From Mytilus edulis (lineage: Eukaryota): a stretch of 64,000 nt of DNA. The stretch covers positions 60,140,001-60,204,000 of the forward strand of contig NC_092351.1 in the NCBI RefSeq assembly GCF_963676685.1, in the 5' to 3' direction. Below, piece by piece: positions 40,780 through 54,612 of this stretch. Below the pieces are notes generated by a model. It saw only the letters and a program-made list of their open reading frames with translations, was not told the DNA's origin and did not search any database. Each line of letters starts with the position of its first letter. Position 1 is the stretch's first letter. The position numbers and the translations under genes are program-made.

Positions 40780-43762
40780 CAGGGGGTGTTAGGACACCGG
40801 GCATACTATGTTATGATTTATCACCAAATTGTCGACACGATGGTTAAACGAATTATTAAAAGTGGAATAAGACAGTCACGTTTGAACTTGATAAATCATA
40901 ACGGTATTCCAATTCGTTGTATCTCTTATCTCAAGTTCCATTGAAGTGCATGTGCATGATATTGTCACTGTAATGTGTATCTTTAAGTTTAACTCCAACT
41001 TGAACAGCTACACTTATCCAATTTGTCACGTTTTTCAAAGACTTTATAAGCTTGTCGAATCATATTATTATCTTTTTCATAGACCAAGATTCACAAATGC
41101 GGTTAAGTATTTGCGTTAGGCATTAGACATTGTGGTACGCATTATCATCGTCATTGTTTAACTTTTGTAAACGGATTCAAACTGATAGCAAAACCAAGTA
41201 AAAACAGTTTATTTATTGAGCCATATTGCTCGATCTTTCGTTATCTATATGTAGTATTTCCAAGTTGGTCTTCTCGTTTTTTTGTGTTTTACTATGTCCG
41301 ATTGTCGTCGAATAAAAGTTTTATCGTCTAGATTTAAAATAAAAAAACTATTGATAAATGTGAGACAATAAAAATAATTAATCTAGTCTTACTTGTATTG
41401 TTGTTAGATGAGCTTTGAAAAGGTTTAATTGTTTGTTCCTGTTGTTTATTTAATGTCTGTTGTTGTTGTTGGATTGATTTCTGCTGTTGCTGAATGATAA
41501 CTCCTGACGCTGATAGAATAACACACAGTTTTCCTGGTTGAATTTTGATTAATTGAATGCACAACCAAAGTTACCGCTAAACAGACAAAGTTACCTTTAG
41601 ACAGTTTGTGATGTTCATTTTCCATTTTAATTCTCTTGAATGTTTTATTCATTTTGCTTTCTTAAGATTTTATGTATAGGTAGCTGATGGGTCTATATGT
41701 CCAACGATAGATTTGTCTTAACCTCTCATAAAACACTTCATGGTTTATGTAATTTTTAATTTCAATATGAAAACTTGAAGTCTCGGAACTTGTATTTTCG
41801 TTCGAATACATTGATATTAATTTGATAAACATGAATAACGAAAATTTACACATAAAACTTGAGATTTTTGTAAATATCAATGTATATAAGCGACTCGTCC
41901 TTTATAAAATTGACACTGTTTGCAGACATTATTTATAGTGAAGGTGTTGTGGTAACTCAGCTGGTTTTCCTCACATATTGTTTTGTTATCTTGTTATGTA
42001 ATGTCTACGAATGTGTTAACGTTTGACCTTTTATATTTCTCTTGTTTATAATTCAAATGTTTATTAAAATAAAACTAAATATTTGATCAATTTTTGGTGA
42101 ATATATTTGTCCCTCATGTATACTATCCCTTTAAGGCCTCTTTCGTATTTCACATATCTTATTTGATAACGAAAGATTAAAAATAGAAACGGAAGTATAT
42201 TGAACATATTTAGTGAAAATACCCATCTGAATTGCTTACACAAAATGGCAGGTATGTATTTTTTTCGATATTATTGTAGAAAATGAAACATGTTCAATTT
42301 CGTGTTTCCATTTCACAACATTGACCGTGAAAAAAAATCAACCTTTCAAACAGTTTGCACCGTCTAACATGTTTAAGTTTACTTTCAACATGTTCAAAAC
42401 AAAGGTTGAACCTTTGGAACAAAGCCAGAATATGTTAAAACATTCCTCAAACATATTTCCCTAAATGATGAAACAAAATTAACAAGAAAAATATTAAATT
42501 AAATTATCATTACTATATAGCTAGTGTCTATATCAAGAATTAATAAAAGATACACTATCCGTTCTTTTATATCTTGTTTTAGTATATATCTTTCAATTTT
42601 AAAAAGCATCTGTTTTCATTATAGAGTACGACTATTAAATTCTGAGAGGGAGTAATCGTTTTACACATGATAAGTTTTCTGATCCTCACCTTCGTAGAAA
42701 AATATAATGTGATCAAATTAAAAAAAAAATGTATAATTGAGTTTTAAAACAATCAGAATGAAAAATATTACGCTACATTTCATAGTTTTTATTTACATAA
42801 TGTCTTCATTTCAATTCTGAAAAACATTATATATATATATATATATGTTACAGGCATTTTCTAAATTTAGGCATTTTGTAAAATGACTGAATTTTCAGGC
42901 AATTTAGAAAATGCCAAACCTTGACAGGCATTATACAAAACGACTAAAAATACCTAGTCATTTTGTAAAATAACTGAAATTTTGAAGCAAAATTCCACAA
43001 ATTGCCTGTTGAGTTTCATGCTATTTGTAGAAGGAGGATATCATTGAGATGCATATGGCAAAAATTGACAAAAGCACAATATCTTCCAAAGAAAATAACT
43101 AATAGTTCGGAAGAACTAAGTTATTCTCCAAAAAAAACAGATCGGAATTTTTTTTTATGCCTTATGATATGTTCTTTTTAGTGAAACTAAGTGTTAAGTA
43201 CGTACATGTACTCCCTCTGTATTAATGATACCAACAGTAAATGTATGATTATTTTGTCAAAATGGCAAAAGGACAAAGTATTCTGTCAATAGAACAACAT
43301 TTAATAACAGCTATAAGTCAAAAGATGCGGATAATATAGTTTGATTTTTGGGGAACATATGAAAAAGAAGATGTATTGGTGACATGTGTGCTTATTGCAA
43401 AACCTCATGTTGCCTAACGTTAAGTGTTATATAAGTAAAGGAAAATTAAAGAGTTAAAAGTGTGATGATCCCGATTTTTCCTAATGTGGTCGGAGTGCTA
43501 AATCAGATTTTACGCCAAACAATGTATTTGCCTAAAAACAGGTGAAAAATTGTGTACAGTTCTGTCGTGCAAACATTTTGAGAATAAACAAAAGTGTCAA
43601 GTTCTGTGCTTGTGTGAATTTAAGTCAACTTTGTTGACTTGAGGTATCAATGAGATATGCTCGTAATTATAAATTAACTGTTAGCAAAATTTTAAGGAAT
43701 GTTTGGTCCTCAATGCTCTTCAACTTCGTACTTTGTTTGGCTTTAAAAAAAAAATTATTAGA

Positions 43763-43806
43763 GCATCACTGATGAGTCTTTTGTAGACTAAACGCGCGTC
43801 TGGCGT
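43763..43806 (+). ncRNA. Hammerhead ribozyme relic (GAAA>TAAA) in Mab-21 intron 1
   Basis: GCATCA CTGATGA GTCT-tttgt-AGAC TAAA CGCGCGTC TGGCGT. Confidence 0.6.
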
Positions 43807-44757
43807 AAATATAAAATTTTGGTCGTGGTATCTATAATGAGTTTATTTGTAATAATCAGTAAAATGTATTCGGGATTTTTTTTTTTTATTAAAGCTCTTC
43901 CTTCTTAATTCAGTAATTATCATAAATAAAACAGCTCTGGTGTTCAAAGCTTTCAATTGTTTTTCTTAACATTTTATATAATAAAATAATTTCAGGCATT
44001 TTGTAAAATGCCTACAAAATGCCTTTCAATTTTTCCAGGCATTTTGTAAAATGATGAAAATAACTACAAAATAAATGTATAAGTTATGCAATATATTTGT
44101 TTAAAAAAAAATTCTGTTTAGGAAGCAATATATAAGTCACTTATTGACAAAGGTATTAATATGTTTTGCTGGGATTGGTAATGGACACGACTATTAATAA
44201 AGTGCCCTAAAAATAACAGTACATTTGATATGTTACCAGAGCAAGAACTAATCAAATTGTAATTACATAGTATTTATTATAATACAAGGCTAGGGTACCT
44301 GATGAGGATTTACGCCCTTGGTCAAAAATGACCTAAATGATATTCATTGTTGATGACAACTCTCTGTCATATTATCTTGTAATCCCCTTAAGACTCGTCC
44401 CACATTATGTCGGGGCCTTCTCTACGACAACAACATTTCGGCCGTCGTATTTTGAAATGACGATGTCTGTTTCGTTGTCAAAAGACTTTTTTCACCAAAA
44501 ACATTTTGTTTACAAATAATAACTTTTGTATAAGTAAAATTGTAGCAGAAGGTATTCCAACAACAGGGAGGTTGGGATTAATTGTGGGGATTATGTTCGT
44601 AGTTAAGAAATTAAGGACATGAAACGGGCTAAAAACAAGCATTTTTCTTGATTCGGGACAAGCATAGTGATTTTAAAAGTGTTTTTGATTTCTATAAAAT
44701 TTGACCTTCAGGTTCTAAACCCTAAAAGACAGGTTGAATTTGATTTGACAAGGTTTT

Positions 44758-44788
<31 letters not shown>

Positions 44789-47700
44789 TTGGTCTTTATC
44801 TTTTTGGTAAAAGGTCTTAAACTTTGTTTAAATTGCCTTTGCCATGAATAATTTCAAAAAAGTTTGAATCAAAGACTTGAATTCTTGGGGATTATTTTAT
44901 ATGCTAAATGAAACCGCTTTCGATTTTAGGCCCTGTTTTTCCATATTACGGTTCCTAGGGTTCAAACTTAATTTTTGTAATTTTTTTTCAACAAAATTAA
45001 TTTTTAAATTGTTTAGTTCGTTGACCACATGGTCGATAATGTGTCAAATATTTATTCACAAACAAAATGAAGAATTGTATAAAGCTTGAACATAGTGTCC
45101 ATACTTATTCAGATTTTTACTGAAGTTGTATTAAGCGCAGTTTTATTAAATATAATCGATTGTTATTTGGTTTTTTATTGTTGTTTTATTGACAATAGAT
45201 CTTCATTGATGGTTCAGCACACATGTGTAATATCGTGCAACTCCTCAGTTTATGTATTATACACAACACAGTGAGTGAACAGCATAATAAGGACAATTGT
45301 TGATAAAAATAGACTTTTACTTCCGACATAGAAAAAACACTATATAAATTGGATTTGAGCAGGACAAAACCGTAGGATCTATTGGTGACTTTCTGTGGTT
45401 GTCTGTTTTTATTTTTCTTTGACACATTCCCCATTTCCATTCTCAATTTTATTTCAGTCGTCACTTGGTATTTTACCTGCATTTCTAAAAATAGCTTAAG
45501 GATTTTCCAACTTTATTCACAAATGATGATGAAATACTTCTTTAAATGACAATATTATCAGCCAGACATTTGTCAATAAACATAAGTTCCTATTCAGTCT
45601 CACAATTGATCTTTATGACACATTTTCATTGTCCTACATTACCAGTTATCAGTTTTTAGATTTTTCATTAGATCGTTATCGTAAACCATCCTATCACTGC
45701 GTATGTACAACAATTACTTTGGAAACGTTTCGGTTTTATTTATTTCCATACACATATCAAACATTTCTCAAAGCCTATTTGTTCATGTCAACCGGGTGCT
45801 ACATTATAACATAGAATGCATTTGGAGAAAATATAGTTATACAGGTTTCCACATGTGGAGCAACATCTACTTTGGAGCACATGAGATCCATACAAGTTAT
45901 GCTTTTAGTGAAAGCAATGTTATATAACAAGTAAAATAATCATAGCAAAACAGTCATCGACTTTTTACATAATGACATCGAAACTACTCCTCCAATTTGC
46001 TAAACATTTTCCAATAGCTCCAATAGCTACACTGCTATATTAGTTCAATGTTAACAGTAAACATGCATGACACGGTGGACATTGTTTTTAATTCCCTAAA
46101 ATAATTCGCTTTATTGATTTCATTATTCTTTTAGACACAGACACAACTATCGTATCATTAGCACTCTATCGATACTTGTGTCAAAACATAGTTGAAACTG
46201 AGAATCATGTTAAAACAATCAGACTAATGAATACTGTGAGGGATAATGTGATAAGCACCTATCATATGGTAACTATCACAAGTGGAAGTTTTGGAGAAGG
46301 GCTTAAGATGAGAGGTAGTAATTTGGATGTGATTAATTTATTTCCAGCAATCGAGATAAATGCAGATGAAAAAGATCGACTTAATCCAAAGAAAGCATGT
46401 TTTAGAATGGTAACAGACTATGTAAAACCTGGTTTTCCGCATTTGCTTGCTGACAATTATGATATCAAATTATCAGAATACTATGAAGAAATTCATTATC
46501 AATATTATTTATCAAGCAGCTTATTTAAAAATGATCTATTAGAAAATTTAGATAAATTCATAATTCATGGACCGTGTATATCGGACAAATCCGGAATGTT
46601 GGACGATCTCATGTGCTTACACTGTAGGAAATGTATATCACAAGCATCGCAGTGGATAGTAAGATCAAATAAATCATGGCCAAGTTATAATGTCAATCAA
46701 AGTATAATAAAACATGGAGTACTGTTTGTACCTATTGGAGTTAAGGGATCATCAAAAGAAGATATAGAATGGCGAATATCTTTTTCTGTTGGTGAAAAAA
46801 TGCTTATAAGTTCCTTTACACATGCTCAACTATTATGCTATGCCCTCCTGAAAATTGTTTTGAAAGATATAATAGCAACCTATGCCGAATGTTCAGATTT
46901 ACTCCGTTCATATTTCTTGAAAACAATAATGTTCTGGATATCAGAAGAATTACCACAATCCGTATGGAAACCTGATAATCTTATACCTTATAGCTTATTT
47001 ATTGTGTGGAGCATTCAGCTTAATTGCATTACTTTATTGCAGAAAACAACATGTTTGAGAACAAAATATAGGGCCGTGCTCGTGAAATACTCCTAGATAG
47101 ACTATATACCCTTCATAGTTACGGTTGGCGTTGCGTCTTGTTTTCATATCAGCTATCTAACTTTCATGTATCAATGTTGATGGATCACATCGAACCAAAA
47201 ACATTCCATTCTAACGAGGTTGCAAAAACACTTAATTCTAAATTATTTTATGTGTCAAATGGTATAAACATTAAAATGGAAACTTGTGGATACAAAAGAA
47301 AATTACACCAGCTAACTTCCTGTGACCAATGCTCACACAAATCCTTATATCTATACTACTTATCATTATGGTGTGAACAATATGCACAGTGTCGACCACT
47401 AAACAATACTAGAAGTAGTAATAAACAACAATACAAACAATATATTTCCCGTTACTTTACACTGCTACAGAATATACATCATGACGCTGTTTCTGGATGG
47501 CTGATGTTAGCTTCGTTTTTCTATAAGACAAAACAAATAAAAAAGCGTTTCACATCATCATGTATTCTTTATCGAAATGTACTCCCGAAAAACTGTACAA
47601 CTTCATGGATATGTCGGATATTCATTATCGATTGTTAAAACTCAAATCATTTCAGAAGAAACCAATAGTTCGATTATGGAAAATAATGCTTGTAGATGAT

Positions 47701-48038
47701 ATGAGATTTTATAAAACTTCTTGGCTAATACCACATGAACTACAAATGGAGCTGGAAAGTTCAGCGTATTTTATTTTTTCCAAAGTTTATGGTTATTTTC
47801 TAAATTTTTTGTGCCATTATCATCTCAGTAATGTCAGACAATGTCAAGATTCCCTTCATACTTTACAACTGTCTATAGCAGAAACTTATTTTACTTATAA
47901 AGGTAGACGGATACGATATCAAGCCTACAACATTCTTGGTATTGCTTTACAGATGTCAAGAGACCATAAAGCCGCTCATCAAGCATTCATGAAGTCAATT
48001 GAAATATACCGTGATCACGAATTCAATATTTCTTTTAA

Positions 48039-48602
48039 GGGTGCTCGCGGGTCTAAATGATTTTTTTTTATTTACTATAGGATTTCTCTATATTTTTCTG
48101 TAAATGAACTTTATCTTATCCATAATAGAAAAATGAAATAAAAAAATGGGGTCACCGTTCATTTACGCTCACAATCTGCCGTCGAAAGAAGCATACATTT
48201 TTGTTAATGTACTTTTTTTCTGTTGAACTAAAAGGAGAAATAGCGGTAATATCGAAATAAAAAAAGAACTAAATTACAGAAATCGCTTAAATTTTACGAT
48301 TATTTAGTTTGTGTACAGCTTATTCGAAAACAACAATAAAAAATATAGGTCACCGATGAATTAAAAAAGATATTTCTATTTTAAAGCCAAAAAATGGCCT
48401 TTTTTTAACCAAAGGGAGATAATTTAGAGCTTTATCAATGATATCGACATTTTAAAAGTCACCTGGGGTGAACATGAATTGATTTTTGGGATATTTTTTG
48501 TACCATATGATAAAGTAACAACTACTGAAGGTATTTAATAGAATTTGTTATGCAATATAAAAGTTCATTTTTTTTCTGAAAATCTTATACCCGCGGGCCT
48601 CC
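48039..48602. mobile_element. TTAA-TSD MITE (Kolobok-like) inserted in the Mab-21 3' end
   Basis: TTAA at 48035-38 and 48603-06; imperfect 18-bp TIRs GGGTGCTCGCGGGTCTAA / TTATACCCGCGGGCCTCC. Confidence 0.8.
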
Positions 48603-48711
48603 TTAAGAGACTTTCGTTAATGAGTTTATTGTGGTTTATTAAATACAGTTTAACAACTGGTATTTACAGAACAGACTTGTTCAAGATATTAAATTTATTA
48701 AATGACAGTTG

Positions 48712-48755
48712 TTGTCACTGATGAGTCTTTTGTAGACGAAACGCGCGTCTGGCGT
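48712..48755 (+). ncRNA. Type I hammerhead ribozyme (intact core, shortened stem I) just 3' of the Mab-21 pseudogene
   Basis: ttGTCA CTGATGA GTCT-tttgt-AGAC GAAA CGCGCGTC^ TGGCgt. Confidence 0.75.
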
Positions 48756-49819
48756 ATATATTAAATTTAGTCCTGGTATCTATGATGAGTTTATTTCTCT
48801 AGCACCTTTTTTTTTAAAGAATGTACAATTAAAATATAACAGATCTAATTTTCCTAGGGCGGAGAACCTGCTTTATGGGCAGAAATTTTTTAAACTTTGC
48901 AAAATGATTTTTTATTCTATTTTTCTGCTATAATCTTATAAAAACAGAATACAAGGATGCATATTTGTGGATATCTCATATATTAACAGGCTTAATAAGA
49001 TGAAGGAGTTGTGGTATGATTGCCAATGAGACAACTTTCCACCAAAGTCCAAACGAAGTGGATGTAAGCAATTGTAGGCAACTGTCAGACAACAAGCACA
49101 AAGCTGGTCTGTTATAAAATGACCCGACATGAAAAACATGGAAAATTTCATTGAGATATCTAACGGCCTAAATTAAAACAAATTAGTTTACGAAAAACAA
49201 ACTAATATCACAACCTTAAATTAACGACAAACAGGTGTTATATTTAGAGTGATTTTACTTTAATGATAACTAAATTATTATTTCCACAAATAAAAATATG
49301 AAAAGATTAAATTATTGTACTGAATAGGCACAATCTATCAAATTTATGTGCAACGATTTGACTAAAATTATCATTGTGGATTTATAACAAAATAAAACAT
49401 TTTTCTTTTTTAAATTATAAAAAAATTATAATGAACGATTGAGAGATCGAGGACTTGATGATATGTTACTACGTTTCGGGTGCATTATAGTCTAGAGGCC
49501 ATCACTTAAGTGATTTTCCTTTGATTCACTTTCAGTGTTAACATTCTTTGTTTAAATGGCCTAACGAAAATAGACAAATATAATAACTAACAGTTATTGT
49601 AAATACAGGGGGGTTCTCTGTCCAGTCCACTCTTGTACGTAGGAGGGATGTTTTGACACTTATGTAATCAAAGGGTCACCGATATGCTCTTTTCAATCCT
49701 TTGGCTATCGGTTTGTTTGTCTCCCTGGAACTGGTTAAACATTTTATCTGCGGCCTATCAAATATTCACACATACATATTCTGTACATATACTTGTTGTA
49801 TTATTAGTAATATATATGG

Positions 49820-51255
49820 GTAGGTTTGTTTTATGTTCTATTCTTATGCATTATTCTCATATTTACTGACTTCAGCAAGTCAACATGGCGGCTCCTTATT
49901 TACGAAATGTCAACTTTGGATTTGACAGTTGCTTACGAGAAAAAAAACCATGTAAATTGAAAATGGGTGTGAGAATTAGATTTTTTTCTAGTGGTTATTC
50001 TCGAAATAACCCATGCAACCCAGTGTCTCGCCTACTTTTGCTGTAAATCGCATGCAACAAAAAAGAGGGAAAAAATCAACAAAAATATTTCTCTTGATAC
50101 TATCTTATGATTGTAAGAAGCTTCTGTCCAAGTTTGGTAAAAATTTAGGATAATACTTCAGTTTCATTATGTATATCTCTTTCATATTCATTTGTTAAAA
50201 TTTATTGTTTGCAATAGCATTAAGTGTTCTATATAATAAGAATGTTCTTATCCCGGGCATAAAAACAATGCCGTATTTGGCGAAACCTTTTCAACTTTTG
50301 ATCTTCAGTGCTCTACAACTTTGTACTTTTTTCACTTTCGATCTTTTATATCTGGGCGAAATTGGCGAGTCTTGTGTGGACAAGGCGCGTTTTTGGCGTA
50401 TTGAATTTTAAACCTGATGCTTTTTGTTATCTATTAATCATGTTTTTTCTTTGTCTAATATGTTCTCCTATTTATTTGTATTGTAGTCCAGTAATATTAT
50501 GTTGTCATTTCAATGTTATATTTAACTTTGCCATTAAAGTGCGAGGTTTGGCATGCCACAAAACCAGGTTCAACCCACCACTTTTATTCCCCTTTAAAAG
50601 TGTCCTGTACCAAGTCAGGAAGATAGCCATTGTTATAATATTGTTCGTTTCTGTGTGTGTGTTGCATTTTAACGTTGAGTCGTTTGTGTTTTCTCTTATT
50701 TTTGAGATAAGACGTGGCACGGTACTTGTCTATCCCAAGTTCATATATTTGGGTTTGATGTTATATTTGTTATTCTCGTGGTGTTTTGTCTGTTGCTTGG
50801 TCCGTTTCTGTGTGCTGTTGCGTTTCGGTGTGGTGTCGTTGTTCTCCTCTTATATTTAATGCGTTTCCCTCGGTTTTAGTTTGTTACCCCGATTTTGTTT
50901 TTTGTCCATGCATTTATGAGTTTTGAACAGCGGTATACTACTGTTGCCTTTACAGATTTATTAAGATGTTTGAACGTTTTTACGTGAAACACCGACATTC
51001 TAATGATATTGTATTAAAACTGATTTTTGAGATAGGTTTTGTGTATTTTCTATTCTAATGCATTATTCGCATATTTACTGACTTCAGCAAGTCAACATGG
51101 CGGCTCCTTAGTTACGATATGTCAACTTGGGATTTGACAGTAGCTTACGAGAAAAAAAACATGTAAATTGAAAATGGGTGTGAGAATTACATTTTTTTCT
51201 AGTGGTTATTCTTGAAATAACCCATGCAAGTTACAGATTTATTAAGATGTTTGAA
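49820..51255. repeat. ~280-bp tandem duplication whose first unit is split by a ~930-bp insertion (50019-50950)
   Basis: 49820-50018 matches 51031-51228; tacagatttattaagatgtttgaac occurs at 50951 and 51232. Confidence 0.7.
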
Positions 51256-54171
51256 CTTTATTTAACAGGGAGTAAAAAGAAACTGCCACACACACAGCAT
51301 ACCCACCCTCGCTTCAGTTTTTTAATAACCGTATTTGTCCTAATAGAATCAAACGCTAACGTTCAGAATAAAATTCGAATACCACGACCCAGGCCATGTG
51401 TAAATTTCCAATAACCTATGGCTTCCATGAATTATTTCTTAAATTTATAATTTTAGTCGCACAACGTAAAATGGTGAAACATAATCAGTACAAAACCATT
51501 ACACCTCATTGAAAATACCGAATGCAAAATAAGAGGGCTTAAGTAATGTCAAAGAATACTTATAGTAGCTTTATCTTTGAACACTGCTGTAAGATGAATG
51601 TCAGCAAGAAGTTGATATTTCTTTTATTGTATAGATTAAGTCAAATTCTTACTTTTTGTCAATAAAAGATGAAACCAACACGTTGATATACAATATCTGT
51701 ATGTTGTCGAAAAAAATTAAAATGTATTTGTAAGAGCTTTAGAAACGTGACGAAAAAAGAGGCTCTGTCGAGCTTTTCTCCTGTTTCGTAGCGAGTACAA
51801 AAGCATTTTAGATTTCCCGACAATGTACATGTATTGCTTATATCCTGAAATTACTCCCTACACTTTAAACTCTAGTAATTAAATCAAACTCATTGTCTCT
51901 AATTTTTTAAAGAAATGGTCATCATTGAAACGCAGAACGCAAGAGGACCCCACAATGATCTGGTTAGGAAACAGAACTATTCATTTTACCGCTTGCTCAA
52001 CGTGAAAGTGGGATTACAAAACACTTTTTTTGTACAAGTAAATGTTTGTTTTATTTGTACTTGTACAAAAAAAAACAAAAAAATATTTGTATACCTGTTA
52101 TTTGTACAATAGTTGGCTAATTGCAGGACAAAAAAATATCCATCCGAGGCCTTTTTCTGATTTAGATCCATCAAGGGCGATCGAAACCAAAAATTAGAAA
52201 TTCAAGGATGTATTTGAACCAAAAGGATGGACATTAAATCTTGGTGAAAGGAAAACCATGAAGTATGTCTCTGGTACACGTGAAGACTGATTTCCCATTA
52301 TTTTTTTTTACTTTTATTTGATGATAATTTGAGGCTATATTAAGGCCATAGTTACACGTTCATAGCATTTGATCAGAAAAGCATGGCGTTCGTTACTTAC
52401 TTGAATATTGAAGGACGAAACGTGTCGCTATTTTCCCTATGCTTCCAATCATGTATATTTCCTGAAGGTAGATTATGCCTTAATGACTTCAACATTTTAT
52501 AGCATGGGTAGCATCCCGACGAAGTAAGCTTGGTTGTGGATTTGTTTGTTTGCTTCTTTTGATAACAGATGTCCGTGTGTTTGATGTAAGAGTTTTGATT
52601 TAAGTTCTTTTCAAAATGATCACTCTTCAGCTTAACATTGTATGTGTGCGCACATTCTTTAACCGAACAAGTTATTGTGAGCAGGTTTGCAGATGGGTTG
52701 AGATGATGGAAACTGGGTGATTTTCAAAACTATATTTAGACAAGAAAAATGTTTGCAGGAAAAGTATTATAAGAGTATTCCATATCAAAGAATGTGCCTT
52801 TTAAGATACTAATATATAATAGCTAACTTGAGCACTCAGCCTTCCAATATTTATCGTAATAACCGACACATCCTATACATGCAGTGGAATACGTATATTA
52901 AAGAGTTGATCATGAACATGGGTTCATGTATATAAAACATTAAACATTTTATCAATGAAATTCAAGTACTGGTAAAATTTCAAAGAAAAAAGGTCAATAA
53001 CAATAATATGAATTTTGCTTTTTGCACTGGTATACCTCTATAAAATAATTTGAGGTGTCTTAAAATAAACCAATAAAATTTGACCCTTTTGACTTCGATT
53101 AAAAAAAAGCAAAGGCTGGAATGATTTTAAGAATATCTTATTAACAAAGTTTTAAAAAAAAATGTCTTAAACTATACTAGATGTGTACCAAGCTTTGACA
53201 GAATTATGTTAAAATGATGAAAAACAAGTATCTAGAAATCAATAGTGTAACAAAAATATTTCCTGTTTTCCGTATATCATTTATCAATGGACTTAATTTT
53301 CTTCCAGTAAAAAATCTTTATTATATTGATAAACAATCCTGGATGTTTTTAACTCTTACAGAAGCTTCTTACAATCAAAAGATTGAATTTAGAGGATTTT
53401 TTTTTAATAATGAGAGGGTTAGCGCTATAGAACCAGGTTTAATCCACCATTTTCTACATTTGAAAATGCCTGTACCAAGTCAGGAATATGACAGTTCTTG
53501 TCCATTCGTTTTTGATGCGTTTTGTTATTTAATTTTGCCATGTGATCATGGACTTTCCTAATTGATTTTCCTCTGAGTTCAGTATTTTTGTGATTTTACT
53601 TTTTTTATACCATTTGTGTTGAGCCTGCGACTAACATCAATACTAGGCGAGCCACTGGGTTCTGCAGAATCCTTACGATTTATTTTTTGATATTGTACTT
53701 ATAGTGTGTAACAGATCCAATTTATTCGTTCAGGGTATGTTAACGTTGTTTTGTTAATAAGTTTTTTTTATTAAGATGACCCATTTTAATTTATATGTTA
53801 TTGTGCGTCTTTCAATGTTGCAATATAATCTATTTCAGGTTAGGGTGAAGGTTGTGGCCTGTTAAAACGTTTAACCCGCTGCATTTATTTACACCTGTTC
53901 TAAGTCAGGAACCTGTTGTTCAGTCGTTTGTTGATCTGTTTCATTAACGTTTTTCGTTTCTCGTTTTTTATAAAGATAAGAACGTTATTTTCCTGTTTTA
54001 ATTGTTTTACATTAGTTATTTTTTATACCTTTATAGCTTGCAATCGGTGTGAGCCAAAGCTCCGTGTTGAAGGGCATACTTTGACTTATAAGTGTTTACT
54101 TTTTACACATTGTCAATTGTTGTCCTTATACCAAATTTTCTTATTTCTATATTTAGCAAAATGGTAATTCA

Positions 54172-54470
54172 ATAAAGTCAACGAGACAGTAGACTTCAAG
54201 CAATATGGTTTTCGAGTTTAGTTGCTTTTAAAGTAGCCAATGAGACAGTAGACCTCTTACAATAACGTGCTTAACTGAAGTGTAGTCAATGAGACAGCTG
54301 ATTTTTAGCAATCTGACATTCACTGAGTACATGAGGCAGAAGACTTCTACGCACGTATTTCTAGAGTATAGCCAATGAGACAGTAGATTTCGCGCAATAC
54401 GGTGCTTGAGTACAGTCAATGAAACAGCTGACTGTTAACAATATGATTCTTCTGTGTAGTCAATTAAACA
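54172..54470. repeat. Degenerate minisatellite (agtcaatgagacagtagac core, ~45-60-bp spacing, 5-6 units)
   Basis: Core recurs at ~54176, 54235, 54283, 54370 and 54414; a single copy is also at ~29733. Confidence 0.65.
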
Positions 54471-54487
54471 GATGACTTTTATGAAAG

Positions 54488-54612
54488 TGAGATACAACGT
54501 CGTGGTTCGTATGCAGTATCACAATATCAAACCGCAAATTGGGAAACAAGTTATGAGATACAACCTCGGGGTTCGTATGAAGTATCACAATATCAGACCG
54601 CAAATTGGGGTA
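54488..54612. repeat. Two-copy tandem repeat (~66 bp)
   Basis: tgagatacaac.tcg.ggttcgtatg.agtatcacaatatca.accgcaaattggg occurs twice. Confidence 0.7.

Larger units (their letters stand above)
37276..41505 (-). pseudogene. C4-like copy D pseudogene; exon remnants ~41505-41393, 39943-39879, 37713-37276
   Basis: Exon3 has a premature TAA (NYV*TSG), a +1 frameshift in an A-run at IPGK, a 24-nt deletion after CLD and loss of two Cys. Exon2 has a stop (KK*CP) and a ~7-nt deletion. Exon1 keeps only the QQQ...EQTIK...SK 3' part with its GTAAGA donor; the 5' part and promoter are missing. Confidence 0.85.
42245..48630 (+). pseudogene. Mab-21/cGAS-like nucleotidyltransferase (cGLR-type, with helical/TPR-like C-terminus) pseudogene; micro-exon 42245-42251 (ATG GCA G) + large exon from 46135
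   Basis: Spliced N-terminus MADTDTTIVSLALYRYLCQNIV. NTase motif SGSFGEGLKMRGSNLD has N where the first catalytic D is expected. Mab-21 motifs HGP, WP, GVLFVPIG, EWRISFSVGEK and SYFLKTIMFW are present. Lesions: frameshift ~46993, two in-frame stops (HSA*LHYF, NKI*GRAR), frameshift ~47537, and a MITE inserted at 48039 just before the end (frame resumes KRLSLMSLL). Confidence 0.85.

Noticed and set aside
50308-50859. 183-aa hydrophobic ORF
   Set aside because: Lies in T-rich interspersed repeat sequence; low-complexity F/L/V/C composition; no domain.
54172-54612. CRISPR-like repeat/spacer appearance
   Set aside because: Eukaryotic context, degenerate repeats with mutually similar 'spacers', no cas genes; ordinary minisatellites.
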